This document shows positions 18,308 through 27,849 of a stretch of 32,109 bases of DNA, one piece after another. The DNA is from an uncultured Methanosarcinales archaeon (GTDB lineage Archaea; Nanobdellota; Nanobdellia; Woesearchaeales; BS150m-G63): positions 1 to 32,109 of the forward strand of contig CAZVVW010000003.1 in the NCBI GenBank assembly GCA_964630685.1. Reading direction: 5' to 3'. Position 1 is the stretch's first letter, and every line of letters starts with the position of its first letter. Below the pieces are notes generated by a model. That model saw only the letters and a program-made list of their open reading frames with translations, was not told the origin of the DNA and made no database searches. The translations under genes and the position numbers were made by a program.

Positions 18308-18598
18308 GGTAAAGTAAGCCGCCTTCTGTTGGTTCTCTTTGAAAGAAAAAACCATCTTAACATTCTACTTTGCGCCTAAAAAGACTTGCACAAACCAGGG
18401 CTCGCCGTTTCAACTGTCCCAATGAAACGTCTGTTGGTTAACTCGCTTCTGTCACCAAAAGCTTCGCAAACATCATTCTACTCATTGGAAGTATCGTTTC
18501 TGAGCGGTTGCCATCCATTGCTGAATCTTGCTCCTGCAAGTGATTACGATAGTGGGCGGACTTTCCTCAGTAATATCTACCGATAGTTAAGCTTTACC
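18308..18598 (-). ncRNA. rnpB: Archaeal RNase P RNA
   Basis: Minus strand: P1 GGTAAAG/CTTTACC, CR-I GAGGAAAGTCCGCC, CR-II CAGAAAC, CR-III TGAAACGG, GTGCAAG, CR-V AACAGAAGGCGGCTTA; BRE/TATA GAAAAGCTTAAAAA at 18623-18636. Confidence 0.93.
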
Positions 18599-18635
18599 AC
18601 GAGAAAGGATAAATTTGGTGGGTTTTTAAGCTTTT

Positions 18636-18869
18636 CTACTTTTTTCTCTTTTTTAGCCTTTTTAGTTTTTTTAGTGCTGTTTGTATCCTTGAGTTTACTG
18701 CTACAAATCCCCAAAGAGAGAAAAACATAACTAATAAACCATCAACCACTTCAAACCACCTATTTCCATGTAACACGCTTACTAACCATAAGGCTAGTCC
18801 CAGAAAAAAATCTAATAAGTAGAGATTTGAAAGAGTTGTTAATTTTACTTTTATTCCTCTTTTTGTCAT
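18636..18869 (-). CDS. Small two-TM membrane protein of unknown function
   Basis: Two hydrophobic segments and a basic C-terminal tail; fills the space between rnpB and the THUMP gene. Confidence 0.55.
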   Translation of the reverse strand: MTKRGIKVKLTTLSNLYLLDFFLGLALWLVSVLHGNRWFEVVDGLLVMFFSLWGFVAVNSRIQTALKKLKRLKKRKK

Positions 18870-18895
18870 TTTAAGATTAATATTATTTTGATTAT

Positions 18896-20041
18896 TTAAG
18901 CTTTTTGTTGTTTTAATTGAAATAATAAGAAATATATCTCTTGTTTTCCTGCCATGACTTTTTGTTCTTTGATTAATTTGAAGTTTTGTTTTTGTGCTTG
19001 TATTTTTAGTTGATTTGGTTTTGTTGATACTAAAGCTATTTTTCCCTTTTTTGAAAGCACTAATTTTGATTGATAGAACAATTCATGGTAAATCTGGGGA
19101 AGTTCTTTTTGGTTGAATTTAGTTGGTTGTGGAGGGTAAGATGCTATTAAATCTATTTCTTTATCAAATTTAAGATCTAAATCTTCTAAATTTGTCTTTG
19201 AAAATTTTATTGATTTATTTATATTAGCTATTTTAGCATTTTTTTTTGCTGCTGTAATATTTTTTAATAAAAAGTCAAAGGCATTTATTTTAGGTTTTGA
19301 TTTTTTGGTTTTGTCCCACTTTTTGAATAATGGATCAAAATCTGTTTTTTTGAAAAGTTTTAATTTTAAAAAAGTGAAATCTGTTTTTTTGAAAAAGTTG
19401 GGTGAATAATTTGTGGAGTATAGTGCTGCTTCAATAGGTATTGTTGCTGATTTACAAAAGGGATCTAAAAGAGATTGTTCTTTTTTATAATCTGCGAATT
19501 TTAATAATGAATATGCAATTGTCCCTTTGATTCCTGAAGGGTGAATGAATATTTTATAATCTCTTTTGCTTAAATCAAAACCAGAAAAATCTATTCCAAA
19601 ATAGCAATCTTTGTTGTTTATGTATATATAAAAAATTATGTCAGGGTGATTTAAGTTTACTTTTGGTTGAATTTTTTCGCTTTTTAGATTTTTAAAAATA
19701 TAACTTCCGACTGTTTCTTCTATCTCTTTTGTTGAAAGTTCTTTATTGATTTTTTTGCATTTTACTGCAAAAGTTGTTTCTTTATCAAACCATTTTTTTA
19801 ATTGTAATTTGAGGATTGGTTTTTCTAACTCTTCAATTGAATTTAATGTGTATTTAAAAAGTAAAAGCATTACTTTATTGATGGATTGGGCCTTGTAGGC
19901 TAATTCACATAATTCTATTGGTTTTTTTATGTCGAATGTGATTGTTGATTTTTTTATTGTAGAGTCTAATTTCAGTATTTCTTTTATTTCTGAACTAGTG
20001 GTTTCTTCTAGACCTGAATTGGTTATTGCTATTGCTTTCAT
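18896..20041 (-). CDS. THUMP-domain RNA methyltransferase (Trm14/RlmL-like), with degenerate motifs
   Basis: GLEE...EI, THUMP TFAV..K, VNLNHPD, GIDFSG.DLSKRDY, LLDPFCKSATIPIEAA. Confidence 0.82.
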   Translation of the reverse strand: MKAIAITNSGLEETTSSEIKEILKLDSTIKKSTITFDIKKPIELCELAYKAQSINKVMLLLFKYTLNSIEELEKPILKLQLKKWFDKETTFAVKCKKINKELSTKEIEETVGSYIFKNLKSEKIQPKVNLNHPDIIFYIYINNKDCYFGIDFSGFDLSKRDYKIFIHPSGIKGTIAYSLLKFADYKKEQSLLDPFCKSATIPIEAALYSTNYSPNFFKKTDFTFLKLKLFKKTDFDPLFKKWDKTKKSKPKINAFDFLLKNITAAKKNAKIANINKSIKFSKTNLEDLDLKFDKEIDLIASYPPQPTKFNQKELPQIYHELFYQSKLVLSKKGKIALVSTKPNQLKIQAQKQNFKLIKEQKVMAGKQEIYFLLFQLKQQKA

Positions 20042-20081
20042 GAGTGTTAAGAATTAGTTTAGTTTTATAAAGATTCGCTAA

Positions 20082-22529
20082 CTATCCCACTATTTTAGCT
20101 GCTGAGACTACTCTATCTCCTTTTTTCAACCTCATTAATCTAACTCCCTGAGTGTTTCTGCCTATTTGAGAAATTCCGTTTGTTGGAGTTCTTATAGTGA
20201 TTCCTTTTTGACTAATGAACATCATTTCATCATTATCTGTTACAGAAGAAATTGCAACTACTTTTCCATTTCTTTCACTGCATTTAATGTTAATAATTCC
20301 TGAAGTTCCTCTATGAGTTATCCTATAATTTGAAATTAGAGTTCTTTTCCCATATCCATTTCGAGTTATTGTTAATATGCTTTTTTTATCTTCAGCAACA
20401 ACCATTCCAATCAACTCATCTTTTTCTTTAAGTTTGATTCCTTTCACCCCTGTAGCAGTTCTTCCCATTACTCTTACTTCTGCTTCTTTGAATCTTACTG
20501 ATTTTCCATTTTTGGTTGCTAATATTACTTGTTGAGAATTATTTGTTAATTTGACTCCAACTAAAGAATCATTTTCCCTTAAATTTAATGCTATGATTCC
20601 GTTCTTTCTTGGTTTGGAATATGCTGAGAGTTTTGTTTTCTTAATAATTCCATTTTTGGTTGCCATAACTATATTTCTAGAATCATCAAATTTCCTTACA
20701 GGTATATATGAAGTAATCTTTTCTCCTTTTTGTAATCCCAAAATATTAACAATAGGTAATCCTTTTGATGCTCTTGCTGCATCAGGAAATTTATATATTT
20801 TTGACCAATAAACTTTTCCCAAATCTGTAAAGAATAAAATATATGAATGCGTATTTGCTATAAATAAATCTTCAATAAAATCTTCTTCTTTTGTTGTTGC
20901 TGCTATTACTCCCTTACCCCCTCTTTTTTGTCCCCTGTATTCATCTACAGAAGTTCTTTTGATATATCCGGCATTAGTTATTGTAACTACAACTTCTTGT
21001 GGTTTGATTAAATCTTCTTCATCTAAAAGTTCATCTCCTCCCTCTAATATTTCTGTTTTTCTTTCATCACCATATTTTTCAATTAATTCTTTTAATTCTT
21101 TTTTGATAATATTCCTTATTTTTTGGTTGCTTTCTAAAATTTCTTTTAGATTTTTGATAAGATTTAGTTTTTCTTTTAATTCATCTATTATTTTATTTTG
21201 TTCTAAAGAAGTTAATCTCTGTAATTTCATATCTAATACTGCTTGTGATTGTTTTTGTGTTAACTTAAATGTATTTTGAAGAGCTTGGTTTGCTACATCT
21301 GGCGATTTGCTTTTTTTGATAATTGTTATTGCTTGATCAAGATGATCTAAAGCTATTTTTAATCCTTCTAAAATATGTGCCCTTTCTTCAGCAATTCGTA
21401 AATCATATTTTGTTCTTTTTGTTACTACATCTATTCTATGTTCTATGTATTTTTGTAATATTTGTTTAAGATTTAATAATTTAGGAACGTTTTCAACCAG
21501 GGCAAGGAGATTTATTCCAAAAGTTGTCTGTAATGCTGTGTGCTTGTATAATTTATTTAACACTACTTCTGAATTGGCGCCTGATTTTAATCCAATTACT
21601 ACTCTGATTCCTTCCCTATCTGATTCGTCTCTTAATTCTGAAATTTCTTTTAGTTTTTTATCTTTAACTAATCCTGCAATATTAATCAATAAAGAAGATT
21701 TATTTACTTGATAAGGAATTTCTGTAACAATAATTTTTGATCTATTTTTAGTTTCTTCTATATGTGTTTTTGCTCTTAATCTTATTTTTCCTTTTCCTGT
21801 TTCGTATGCTCTTTTTATTCCACTAACCCTTGTAAGTGATGCAGAGGTTGGAAAATCTGGACCTTTAATGTGTTGCATTAAATCTATTATTTTTGCATCA
21901 GGATTATCTATCAAATGAATTATTGCGTTTGAAACTTCTGTAAGGTTGTGTGGAGGGATATTAGTTGCCATTCCAACTGCTATTCCCGAAGAACCGTTGA
22001 TCAATAGATTTGGTAATTTTGATGGAAGGACTTTTGGTTCTTTTAGACTATCATCAAAATTAGGGGTAAATTTTACTGTTTCTTTATCTATATCTGAAAG
22101 CATTTCTGTTGAGATTTTGCTTAATTTTACTTCTGTATACCTCATAGCTGCAGCATTATCACCATCTATACTTCCAAAATTTCCTTGTCCCCTAACTAAT
22201 GGGTATCTTAAAGAAAAATCTTGGACCATACGTACCATTGAATCATAAACTGCTGTGTCGCCGTGTGGATGATATTTACCCAAAACTTCCCCCACAATTC
22301 TTGCAGATTTTTTAAATGATTTTGTATTAATTATACCCATATCATGCATTGCGTATAAAATTCTACGATGAACTGGTTTTAATCCGTCTTTTACGTCTGG
22401 TAATGCTCTTCCAACTATCACAGACATAGAATAATCTAGATAAGATGATTTCATTTCATCTTCTATTAATCTTGGAATTATTTTTTCCACTATTTTTTCT
22501 TCTTCTGTTAGGATTTCCTTTTTAGTCAT
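20082..22529 (-). CDS. gyrA: DNA gyrase subunit A
   Basis: [22 protein letters not shown], catalytic [15 protein letters not shown], GyrA-box QKRGGKG, beta-pinwheel repeats. Confidence 0.97.
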   Translation of the reverse strand: MTKKEILTEEEKIVEKIIPRLIEDEMKSSYLDYSMSVIVGRALPDVKDGLKPVHRRILYAMHDMGIINTKSFKKSARIVGEVLGKYHPHGDTAVYDSMVRMVQDFSLRYPLVRGQGNFGSIDGDNAAAMRYTEVKLSKISTEMLSDIDKETVKFTPNFDDSLKEPKVLPSKLPNLLINGSSGIAVGMATNIPPHNLTEVSNAIIHLIDNPDAKIIDLMQHIKGPDFPTSASLTRVSGIKRAYETGKGKIRLRAKTHIEETKNRSKIIVTEIPYQVNKSSLLINIAGLVKDKKLKEISELRDESDREGIRVVIGLKSGANSEVVLNKLYKHTALQTTFGINLLALVENVPKLLNLKQILQKYIEHRIDVVTKRTKYDLRIAEERAHILEGLKIALDHLDQAITIIKKSKSPDVANQALQNTFKLTQKQSQAVLDMKLQRLTSLEQNKIIDELKEKLNLIKNLKEILESNQKIRNIIKKELKELIEKYGDERKTEILEGGDELLDEEDLIKPQEVVVTITNAGYIKRTSVDEYRGQKRGGKGVIAATTKEEDFIEDLFIANTHSYILFFTDLGKVYWSKIYKFPDAARASKGLPIVNILGLQKGEKITSYIPVRKFDDSRNIVMATKNGIIKKTKLSAYSKPRKNGIIALNLRENDSLVGVKLTNNSQQVILATKNGKSVRFKEAEVRVMGRTATGVKGIKLKEKDELIGMVVAEDKKSILTITRNGYGKRTLISNYRITHRGTSGIINIKCSERNGKVVAISSVTDNDEMMFISQKGITIRTPTNGISQIGRNTQGVRLMRLKKGDRVVSAAKIVG

Positions 22530-22761
22530 TTTGCACTAATTTGTAAGGTGTTGCGTAATAATTACAAAGTTTTTTTGGCCCCTCAGGAGATTCCATATCT
22601 TTAACTTCTAATGCATAATTATCTGCAATTTTAAGCATCTGACCTATTCTATATGTTCCAGAATCTGTAGTAAGTTGCACAATTATTGGCTGACATTTAC
22701 TTTCATTTAAACTTTTAACAATGTCTTCAATTGTTTCTGGTTTTAATTCTAATTCTTCCAT
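22522..22761 (-). CDS. Hypothetical protein overlapping the gyrA start
   Basis: 79-aa ORF with GGGTGA SD upstream; 8-bp overlap with gyrA. Confidence 0.5.
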   Translation of the reverse strand: MEELELKPETIEDIVKSLNESKCQPIIVQLTTDSGTYRIGQMLKIADNYALEVKDMESPEGPKKLCNYYATPYKLVQND

Positions 22762-22812
22762 GTTTATTCACCCATAGATTATTCCCCTTTTTTAATAAAT
22801 GATCTTGATAAT

Positions 22813-23490
22813 TTATTCCCTTTTATCTTTTTGAAATTCTTCGACGGGCTCTTCCATTTCTGGTTGTTCTTCTGTTGGTTGTCCTTCTTGTGTTTGTCTT
22901 TGTGCCCTTAATTTTTCTTCTGTTTCTTTGTTTATCTGTTCTACTTGTTTTATCTGTTCTTCCATATTTTTTTCTTTTTCTTCTATTGCTTGTTCGACTT
23001 CTTCGAAATTCTTAAAGGTTTCTTTAACTTTATCTTCTGGTAAATCAAAATAATTAAAGAATTTTTGAGTTAATTTTAATTCGTATGTTCTGCCTTTTTT
23101 TATTTTTTCTAAAAACTGCATTTCTTGTAACTGTTTTATATGTTCATAAGCTTTATTTGAACGAATTTTTATTAATTCGGATTGAAGAATGGGGTATTTG
23201 AATGCGAGAATTGCAAGGGTTTCTGTAACTGATTTATTTAATTCAGTATCAATTGAGAGATTTCTTACCAAATGCATGTATCTTTCCCTTACAGTTAGTT
23301 TCCAAACATCTTTTTCTGATACTAACATCATAGAAGATTCTTTTTGTTCATAATCTTGTTGTAACTCTTTGAGTTTTGCTTCAATTATCTTAGCATTATT
23401 TATTTTACAAAGCTTTGATAGGTCTTCTAGAGTAATCTTTTTTCCAATTGAAAAGAGTATTGCCTCTAGTTTATTTTTTAAGTCTTCCAT
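22813..23490 (-). CDS. scpB: SMC-Scp complex subunit ScpB
   Basis: LEAILF, ETLAILAFKYPILQSELIKIR, HIKQL...FL, GRT...T.KF..YF; acidic tail. Confidence 0.9.
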   Translation of the reverse strand: MEDLKNKLEAILFSIGKKITLEDLSKLCKINNAKIIEAKLKELQQDYEQKESSMMLVSEKDVWKLTVRERYMHLVRNLSIDTELNKSVTETLAILAFKYPILQSELIKIRSNKAYEHIKQLQEMQFLEKIKKGRTYELKLTQKFFNYFDLPEDKVKETFKNFEEVEQAIEEKEKNMEEQIKQVEQINKETEEKLRAQRQTQEGQPTEEQPEMEEPVEEFQKDKRE

Positions 23491-23493
23491 TTT

Positions 23494-24078
23494 TTAGTTT
23501 AAACTATAAGTCTTTTTTTGTTTCTTTACTTTCTTTTCTTTAATTAGTACTTCCATGAATTTTTTTAATTCTTTTTCTGGAACTCCCGTGTTCTTTGAGA
23601 GTTCTGTTAGTTCCTTTTCTTTATCTTTTAGTGCAAGATGTATTAAATTTCTTAAGAATATTGCGCTATTTTTTTTCAATACTTTATTTTCTTGCCCAAA
23701 ATTTTTAGCTAACATATCTATCTTATGTAATCTTGCTTGAAGGTCGTTAAGTATATCTGAAAAATCGTTAGAACTATAATTTAAATTGGAAGGTTCAATT
23801 ATTTCAACACTTGAAGGCATATAATCAAAACAAAATTCCACTATTCTTTTAGTGTCTTTCATTAAGGTTTCTAATTCTACAAACATTGTAAAAAGCCCAT
23901 CTTTTTCTTCTGGTTCTACATAATCTTCTTTGATTATCTCTATTGTTTTATCTTTTTTCAATAATTCAATATATTCTTTTAGTGTTTTTTCTAGGTGTTC
24001 TTTTGGTTTTCCGAGCATTTCTATTATGAAATTACAGTGTATCCATCCTTCGTTGATTTTTTGTTTAATTTTATCCAT
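23494..24078 (-). CDS. Conserved-looking hypothetical protein (possible ferredoxin-like N-domain plus C-terminal HTH-like segment)
   Basis: IEMLGKPKEH, F.ELE, FDYMPSSVEIIEP, LNDLQARLH; ATG at 24078 after AGAGGA; ends 3 bp before scpB. Confidence 0.6.
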   Translation of the reverse strand: MDKIKQKINEGWIHCNFIIEMLGKPKEHLEKTLKEYIELLKKDKTIEIIKEDYVEPEEKDGLFTMFVELETLMKDTKRIVEFCFDYMPSSVEIIEPSNLNYSSNDFSDILNDLQARLHKIDMLAKNFGQENKVLKKNSAIFLRNLIHLALKDKEKELTELSKNTGVPEKELKKFMEVLIKEKKVKKQKKTYSLN

Positions 24079-24175
24079 TTTATCCTCTATAATTTGTAAA
24101 TTATCGGGCTTTAAAAAGGTTTCGTAAAACATATAAATAAAGGTGGTGAACTATGGTTTGTGAGGGTGTAAACTA

Positions 24176-24901
24176 ATGGATGAATGGATAATTAGTGAGA
24201 ATTATATGGAATTTGAAGGGATAAATCTATTTGTAATGGTAGATGAAGAAAGGGGAAATTACGAGATGTCTATCATCATGCCTTTTTTAGATAATATAAA
24301 TTATCTTCTTCAATTAGGCAGAAAATTTTGGGATGCTGAATTTACGTTTCACGAGTCTAATAATTTTTATTATCTTAAAGATAAAGAAAATAATTATGTT
24401 ATAGATAGAAATACTAAATGTGCAAATTTAACATTTTCTAGAGAAGATCGTAAAGGATTTTTGTTAGAAGAAGATATTGAAGAATTATTTGATTCTTATC
24501 GTAAAGTTAAAGAAATGGTGAAGATAAGTGATCATGATTTTAATGGATTAGATGATTATCTTCTTAATTTTGGTTATGATGATTTAATTAAAGGAAAAAC
24601 AGATAACCTCTCTTATGAAAGAGGTTTTGAATCCCAATTTAAATTACAAAAAGAGTATGTTGAGGGGGCTGAAAGGGATATTTTTGCGGAGATAGATAGA
24701 ATTATGAAAACTCCATTAACTTATGAGGAAACAATTGATTTTATGCTTGAGGGGATTAGTGAATTGAAAAAAAATGTTAAAAAAGGGAATAATAAAGGTA
24801 TTGAATATTCTAAACAAAGAATAGAACATTATGCTAAAAAATTAGATTATGAATCAACAGAAATGTTAGAGAAAATTATTAATAAAAAAAGATTGAATTA
24901 A
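24176..24901 (+). CDS. Hypothetical acidic protein
   Basis: Intact 241-aa ORF, GAGGGTG SD, no recognisable motif. Confidence 0.6.
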   Translation: MDEWIISENYMEFEGINLFVMVDEERGNYEMSIIMPFLDNINYLLQLGRKFWDAEFTFHESNNFYYLKDKENNYVIDRNTKCANLTFSREDRKGFLLEEDIEELFDSYRKVKEMVKISDHDFNGLDDYLLNFGYDDLIKGKTDNLSYERGFESQFKLQKEYVEGAERDIFAEIDRIMKTPLTYEETIDFMLEGISELKKNVKKGNNKGIEYSKQRIEHYAKKLDYESTEMLEKIINKKRLN

Positions 24902-25024
24902 ACTACTAAATAACCATAAAGTTTATAAATAAGACCTGACTTTTTCCACTTACAAGGCCCGAGTTCAAATTATTGAGCGATTATAGGGTTCATATATACT
25001 ATGAATTCTGAGCTTTGAATTTTA

Positions 25025-25531
25025 ATGGCAGAAGAAAAACTTAAAGAAAACAAAGAATCGAAAACCCTTGATCCAAAACAAGATATAAAATATTTTGTAA
25101 GGATTGCTAACACAGACTTAGTTGGTGGTAAACCAATCTATTTGTCTCTACGTAAAATTAAGGGAGTCAATTTTATGTTTGCAAATGCTGCTTGTGCTAT
25201 TGCAGGGGTACCTAAAGATAAAAAAGCAGGCACTTTATCTGAGCAAGAAATAAAAAAACTTGAAGAATTTTTAACTAATCCGTTAAAATTTAATTTACCT
25301 TCTTGGTTATTAAATAGACAAAAAGATTATGATACTGGAATTGATAAACATCTTTTAACTTCTGATCTTGATTTTACTAAAGAATTTGATATTAGGAGAT
25401 TAAAAAAAATAAAATCCAATCGTGGATTAAGACATGCATGGGGATTGCCTTTAAGGGGACAAAAAACCAAATCAAATTTTAGAAGAAATAAGAAAAAGGC
25501 ATCATTAGGTGTTAAAAGAAAGAAAAAATAA
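25025..25531 (+). CDS. rps13: 30S ribosomal protein uS13
   Basis: VRIANTDL.G, IKGV, PSWLLNRQKD, RGLRHAWGLPLRGQKTKSN. Confidence 0.97.
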   Translation: MAEEKLKENKESKTLDPKQDIKYFVRIANTDLVGGKPIYLSLRKIKGVNFMFANAACAIAGVPKDKKAGTLSEQEIKKLEEFLTNPLKFNLPSWLLNRQKDYDTGIDKHLLTSDLDFTKEFDIRRLKKIKSNRGLRHAWGLPLRGQKTKSNFRRNKKKASLGVKRKKK

Positions 25532-25542
25532 GGTAACTTAAA

Positions 25543-26124
25543 ATGGGAGATCCAAAAAAACGAAGAAAAAAATTCTCAGCACCATCTAAAAAATGGGAAA
25601 AGGCCAGAATTGATGAAGAAAAAGAATTAATTAGAGAATTTGGATTAAAAAATAAAAAAGAAATTTGGAAAATGGAGGCAAAATTGAGAAATTTTGCGAG
25701 ACAGGCAAAAAGATTAGTGGCATTAAAAACAGATCAAGCAGAAAAAGAAAAAGAACAATTACTTATTAAATTAAAATCATTATCATTATTAGCTGGTACA
25801 GCAAAATTAGAAAATATATTAGATCTTCAGTTAAAAGATTTACTTAATAGACGATTACAAACTGTAGTATTTAAAAAAGGTTTGGCTAGATCAATTAATT
25901 CTGCAAGACAATTAATTACTCATGGCCACATTTTGGTGGATAATGTAATAATTACTGTTCCTTCTTATGAGGTACTTGCAAAAGAAGAACCCATGATAAC
26001 TTTTAGTTCTGGTTCTGCTTTTTCAAATGATCAACATCCGGAAAGACTTGTTACTAAAAAAGGACCAAAACCTATTAAGAAAAAAACAGAAGAAGAAAAT
26101 TATAAAAGGGGGCGTAGAAAATGA
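25543..26124 (+). CDS. rps4: 30S ribosomal protein uS4
   Basis: [19 protein letters not shown]...[14 protein letters not shown]. Confidence 0.97.
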   Translation: MGDPKKRRKKFSAPSKKWEKARIDEEKELIREFGLKNKKEIWKMEAKLRNFARQAKRLVALKTDQAEKEKEQLLIKLKSLSLLAGTAKLENILDLQLKDLLNRRLQTVVFKKGLARSINSARQLITHGHILVDNVIITVPSYEVLAKEEPMITFSSGSAFSNDQHPERLVTKKGPKPIKKKTEEENYKRGRRK

Positions 26125-26558
26125 AACCTCAACACTCTAAACCATCGCACCAAACATATAGAAAACAAGAAGGTATAAGGTGGGGAATTGCCCACATCTA
26201 TGCATCTTATAATAATACTATAATCCATATTACAGATATTACTGGAACAGAAACAATTACAAAGGCTTCTGGTGGAATGGTTGTTAAAGCAGATCATTTA
26301 GGAGCATCTCCCACTGCTGCAATGATTGCTGCAAAAAGGGTGGCAGAAATTGTAAGAGATAAAGGAATTCAAGGACTTCATATTAAAATAAAAGCACCTG
26401 GAGGACATAATGGCCCAAATAATCCAGGACCTGGAGCTCAAGCAGCAATAAGAGCTTTATCTAGAATGGGATTAAAAATTGGAATTATAGATGAGGTTAC
26501 ACCTATACCTCATGATGGTTGTAGAAAAAAAGGAGGGAGACGAGGAAGAAGAGTCTAA
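26121..26558 (+). CDS. rps11: 30S ribosomal protein uS11
   Basis: [47 protein letters not shown]. Confidence 0.97.
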   Translation: MKPQHSKPSHQTYRKQEGIRWGIAHIYASYNNTIIHITDITGTETITKASGGMVVKADHLGASPTAAMIAAKRVAEIVRDKGIQGLHIKIKAPGGHNGPNNPGPGAQAAIRALSRMGLKIGIIDEVTPIPHDGCRKKGGRRGRRV

Positions 26559-26598
26559 AGGCAAAAAAGTCTTAGAAATTTCATTTTTCCTCAAAAAA

Positions 26599-27393
26599 AT
26601 GAAAATAAATATAATAAAACAAGATAAAAAACAAAATAAAATTTCATTTATTTTGGAAAATACCACTCCAGCATTTGCTAATTTAATTAGGCGAACAATT
26701 ATTGGAGATGTGCCTTCAATAGCTATAGAAGATGTTGAATTTAAATACAATGATTCTATTTTGTATGATGAAATGGTTGCACTCCGTCTTGGATTGATAC
26801 CTTTGACCACTGATTTAAAGACTTATAATTTTCCAGAAGATTGTAAATGTAAAGGTAAGGGGTGTGCTAGGTGTTCGGTTATTTTGAGTTTGAAAGTAAA
26901 GGGGCCTAAGACTGTTTATGCTTCTGATTTAACATCAAAAGATCCAAAAATAAAACCGGTTTTTCCTGAAACTCCAATTGTTAAATTACTAAAAGGGCAA
27001 AAATTAGAAATAATTGCAACTGCTGTATTGGGGAAAGGAAAAAATCATATTAAATGGGGATCTGGAACTGCATTTTATCAATATAAACCAATCATAGAAG
27101 TAAAGAATTGTGCAAATGAAAAAGTTGCAGAAGTTTGTCCTAAAAAGGTATTCCAATTCAAAAATAATAAAATTGTGATTAATAAAGATAAATTACTTGA
27201 TTGTCACTTATGTGGAGCATGTACTGATGAATGTCAAGATGGTTCAATTAAAGTTAAAGGAGATAAAAATAATTTGCTTTTCAGTGTTGAATCATGGGGT
27301 CAACTTCCAATTAAAGAAATGTTAACTAAAGCATCAGAGATAATTGATAATCGATTAGACAAACTCGGTGATAAACTCAAAAAAGCAAAATAA
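26599..27393 (+). CDS. rpoD: DNA-directed RNA polymerase subunit D (Rpo3)
   Basis: FANLIRR, AIEDV, LYDE..ALRLGLIPL, CKCKGKGCARC, PIVKL..GQ, VESWGQL; true ATG at 26599. Confidence 0.95.
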   Translation: MKINIIKQDKKQNKISFILENTTPAFANLIRRTIIGDVPSIAIEDVEFKYNDSILYDEMVALRLGLIPLTTDLKTYNFPEDCKCKGKGCARCSVILSLKVKGPKTVYASDLTSKDPKIKPVFPETPIVKLLKGQKLEIIATAVLGKGKNHIKWGSGTAFYQYKPIIEVKNCANEKVAEVCPKKVFQFKNNKIVINKDKLLDCHLCGACTDECQDGSIKVKGDKNNLLFSVESWGQLPIKEMLTKASEIIDNRLDKLGDKLKKAK

Positions 27394-27400
27394 TTGTTTT

Positions 27401-27486
27401 GCGAGGGTGTCAGAGTTTGGTCAAATGACTAAGGTTGAGGGCCTTAGGCCTTAGTGGCTGCGCGGGTTCAAATCCCGTCCCTCGCA
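27401..27486 (+). tRNA. tRNA-Leu(GAG)
   Basis: GCGAGGG/CCCTCGC acceptor, anticodon arm TAAGG-TTGAGGG-CCTTA, long variable arm, TTCAAAT; conserved position between rpoD and rpl18e. Confidence 0.95.
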
Positions 27487-27497
27487 TTAATATTACT

Positions 27498-27848
27498 ATG
27501 AAGAAAACAGGACCAAGTAATGAGGAACTGAGAAACCTAATACAGGACTTAAAGCAGTTATCACTAGATCAAAAAGTGCCTTTATGGAAAAGGATTGCAA
27601 AAGACCTGGAGAAATCAACAAGGCAACGTAGAATTATTAATATCTCTAAAATAAATCGTTTTTCTAAAGCAAACGAAACTATTATAGTTCCTGGAAAAGT
27701 TCTCGGTACTGGAGATATAAATCATAATATTACAGTGGCCGCATGGCAGTTTTCTGAATCAGCTAAAGATAAAATAAAAAACCTTTTGACTATAAGGGAA
27801 GTGATGAAAACAAACCCAAAAGGGAAAAAATTAAGGATTTTAGGATAA
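27498..27848 (+). CDS. rpl18e: 50S ribosomal protein eL18
   Basis: LWKRIAKDL, INISKINR, VPGKVLGTG, VAAWQFSESA; ATG at 27498 (the ORF-track start lies inside the tRNA). Confidence 0.96.
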   Translation: MKKTGPSNEELRNLIQDLKQLSLDQKVPLWKRIAKDLEKSTRQRRIINISKINRFSKANETIIVPGKVLGTGDINHNITVAAWQFSESAKDKIKNLLTIREVMKTNPKGKKLRILG

Positions 27849-27849
27849 A

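Noticed and set aside
18386..18586. 66-aa ORF on the plus strand
   Set aside because: Lies antisense within the RNase P RNA gene
20082..22529. Topoisomerase IV ParC, intein, or acquired quinolone-resistance allele
   Set aside because: GyrA-box is present, length leaves no room for an intein, and Thr at position 83 occurs naturally in many gyrases
24956..24980. tRNA remnant upstream of rps13 (GAGTTCAAAT resembles a T-loop)
   Set aside because: No T-stem, acceptor stem or anticodon arm can be formed
26491..26598. N-terminal extension of RpoD
   Set aside because: Overlaps rps11 out of frame; RpoD homology starts at ATG 26599
27435..27497. N-terminal extension of eL18
   Set aside because: It is the tRNA-Leu sequence read in frame; the real start is 27498
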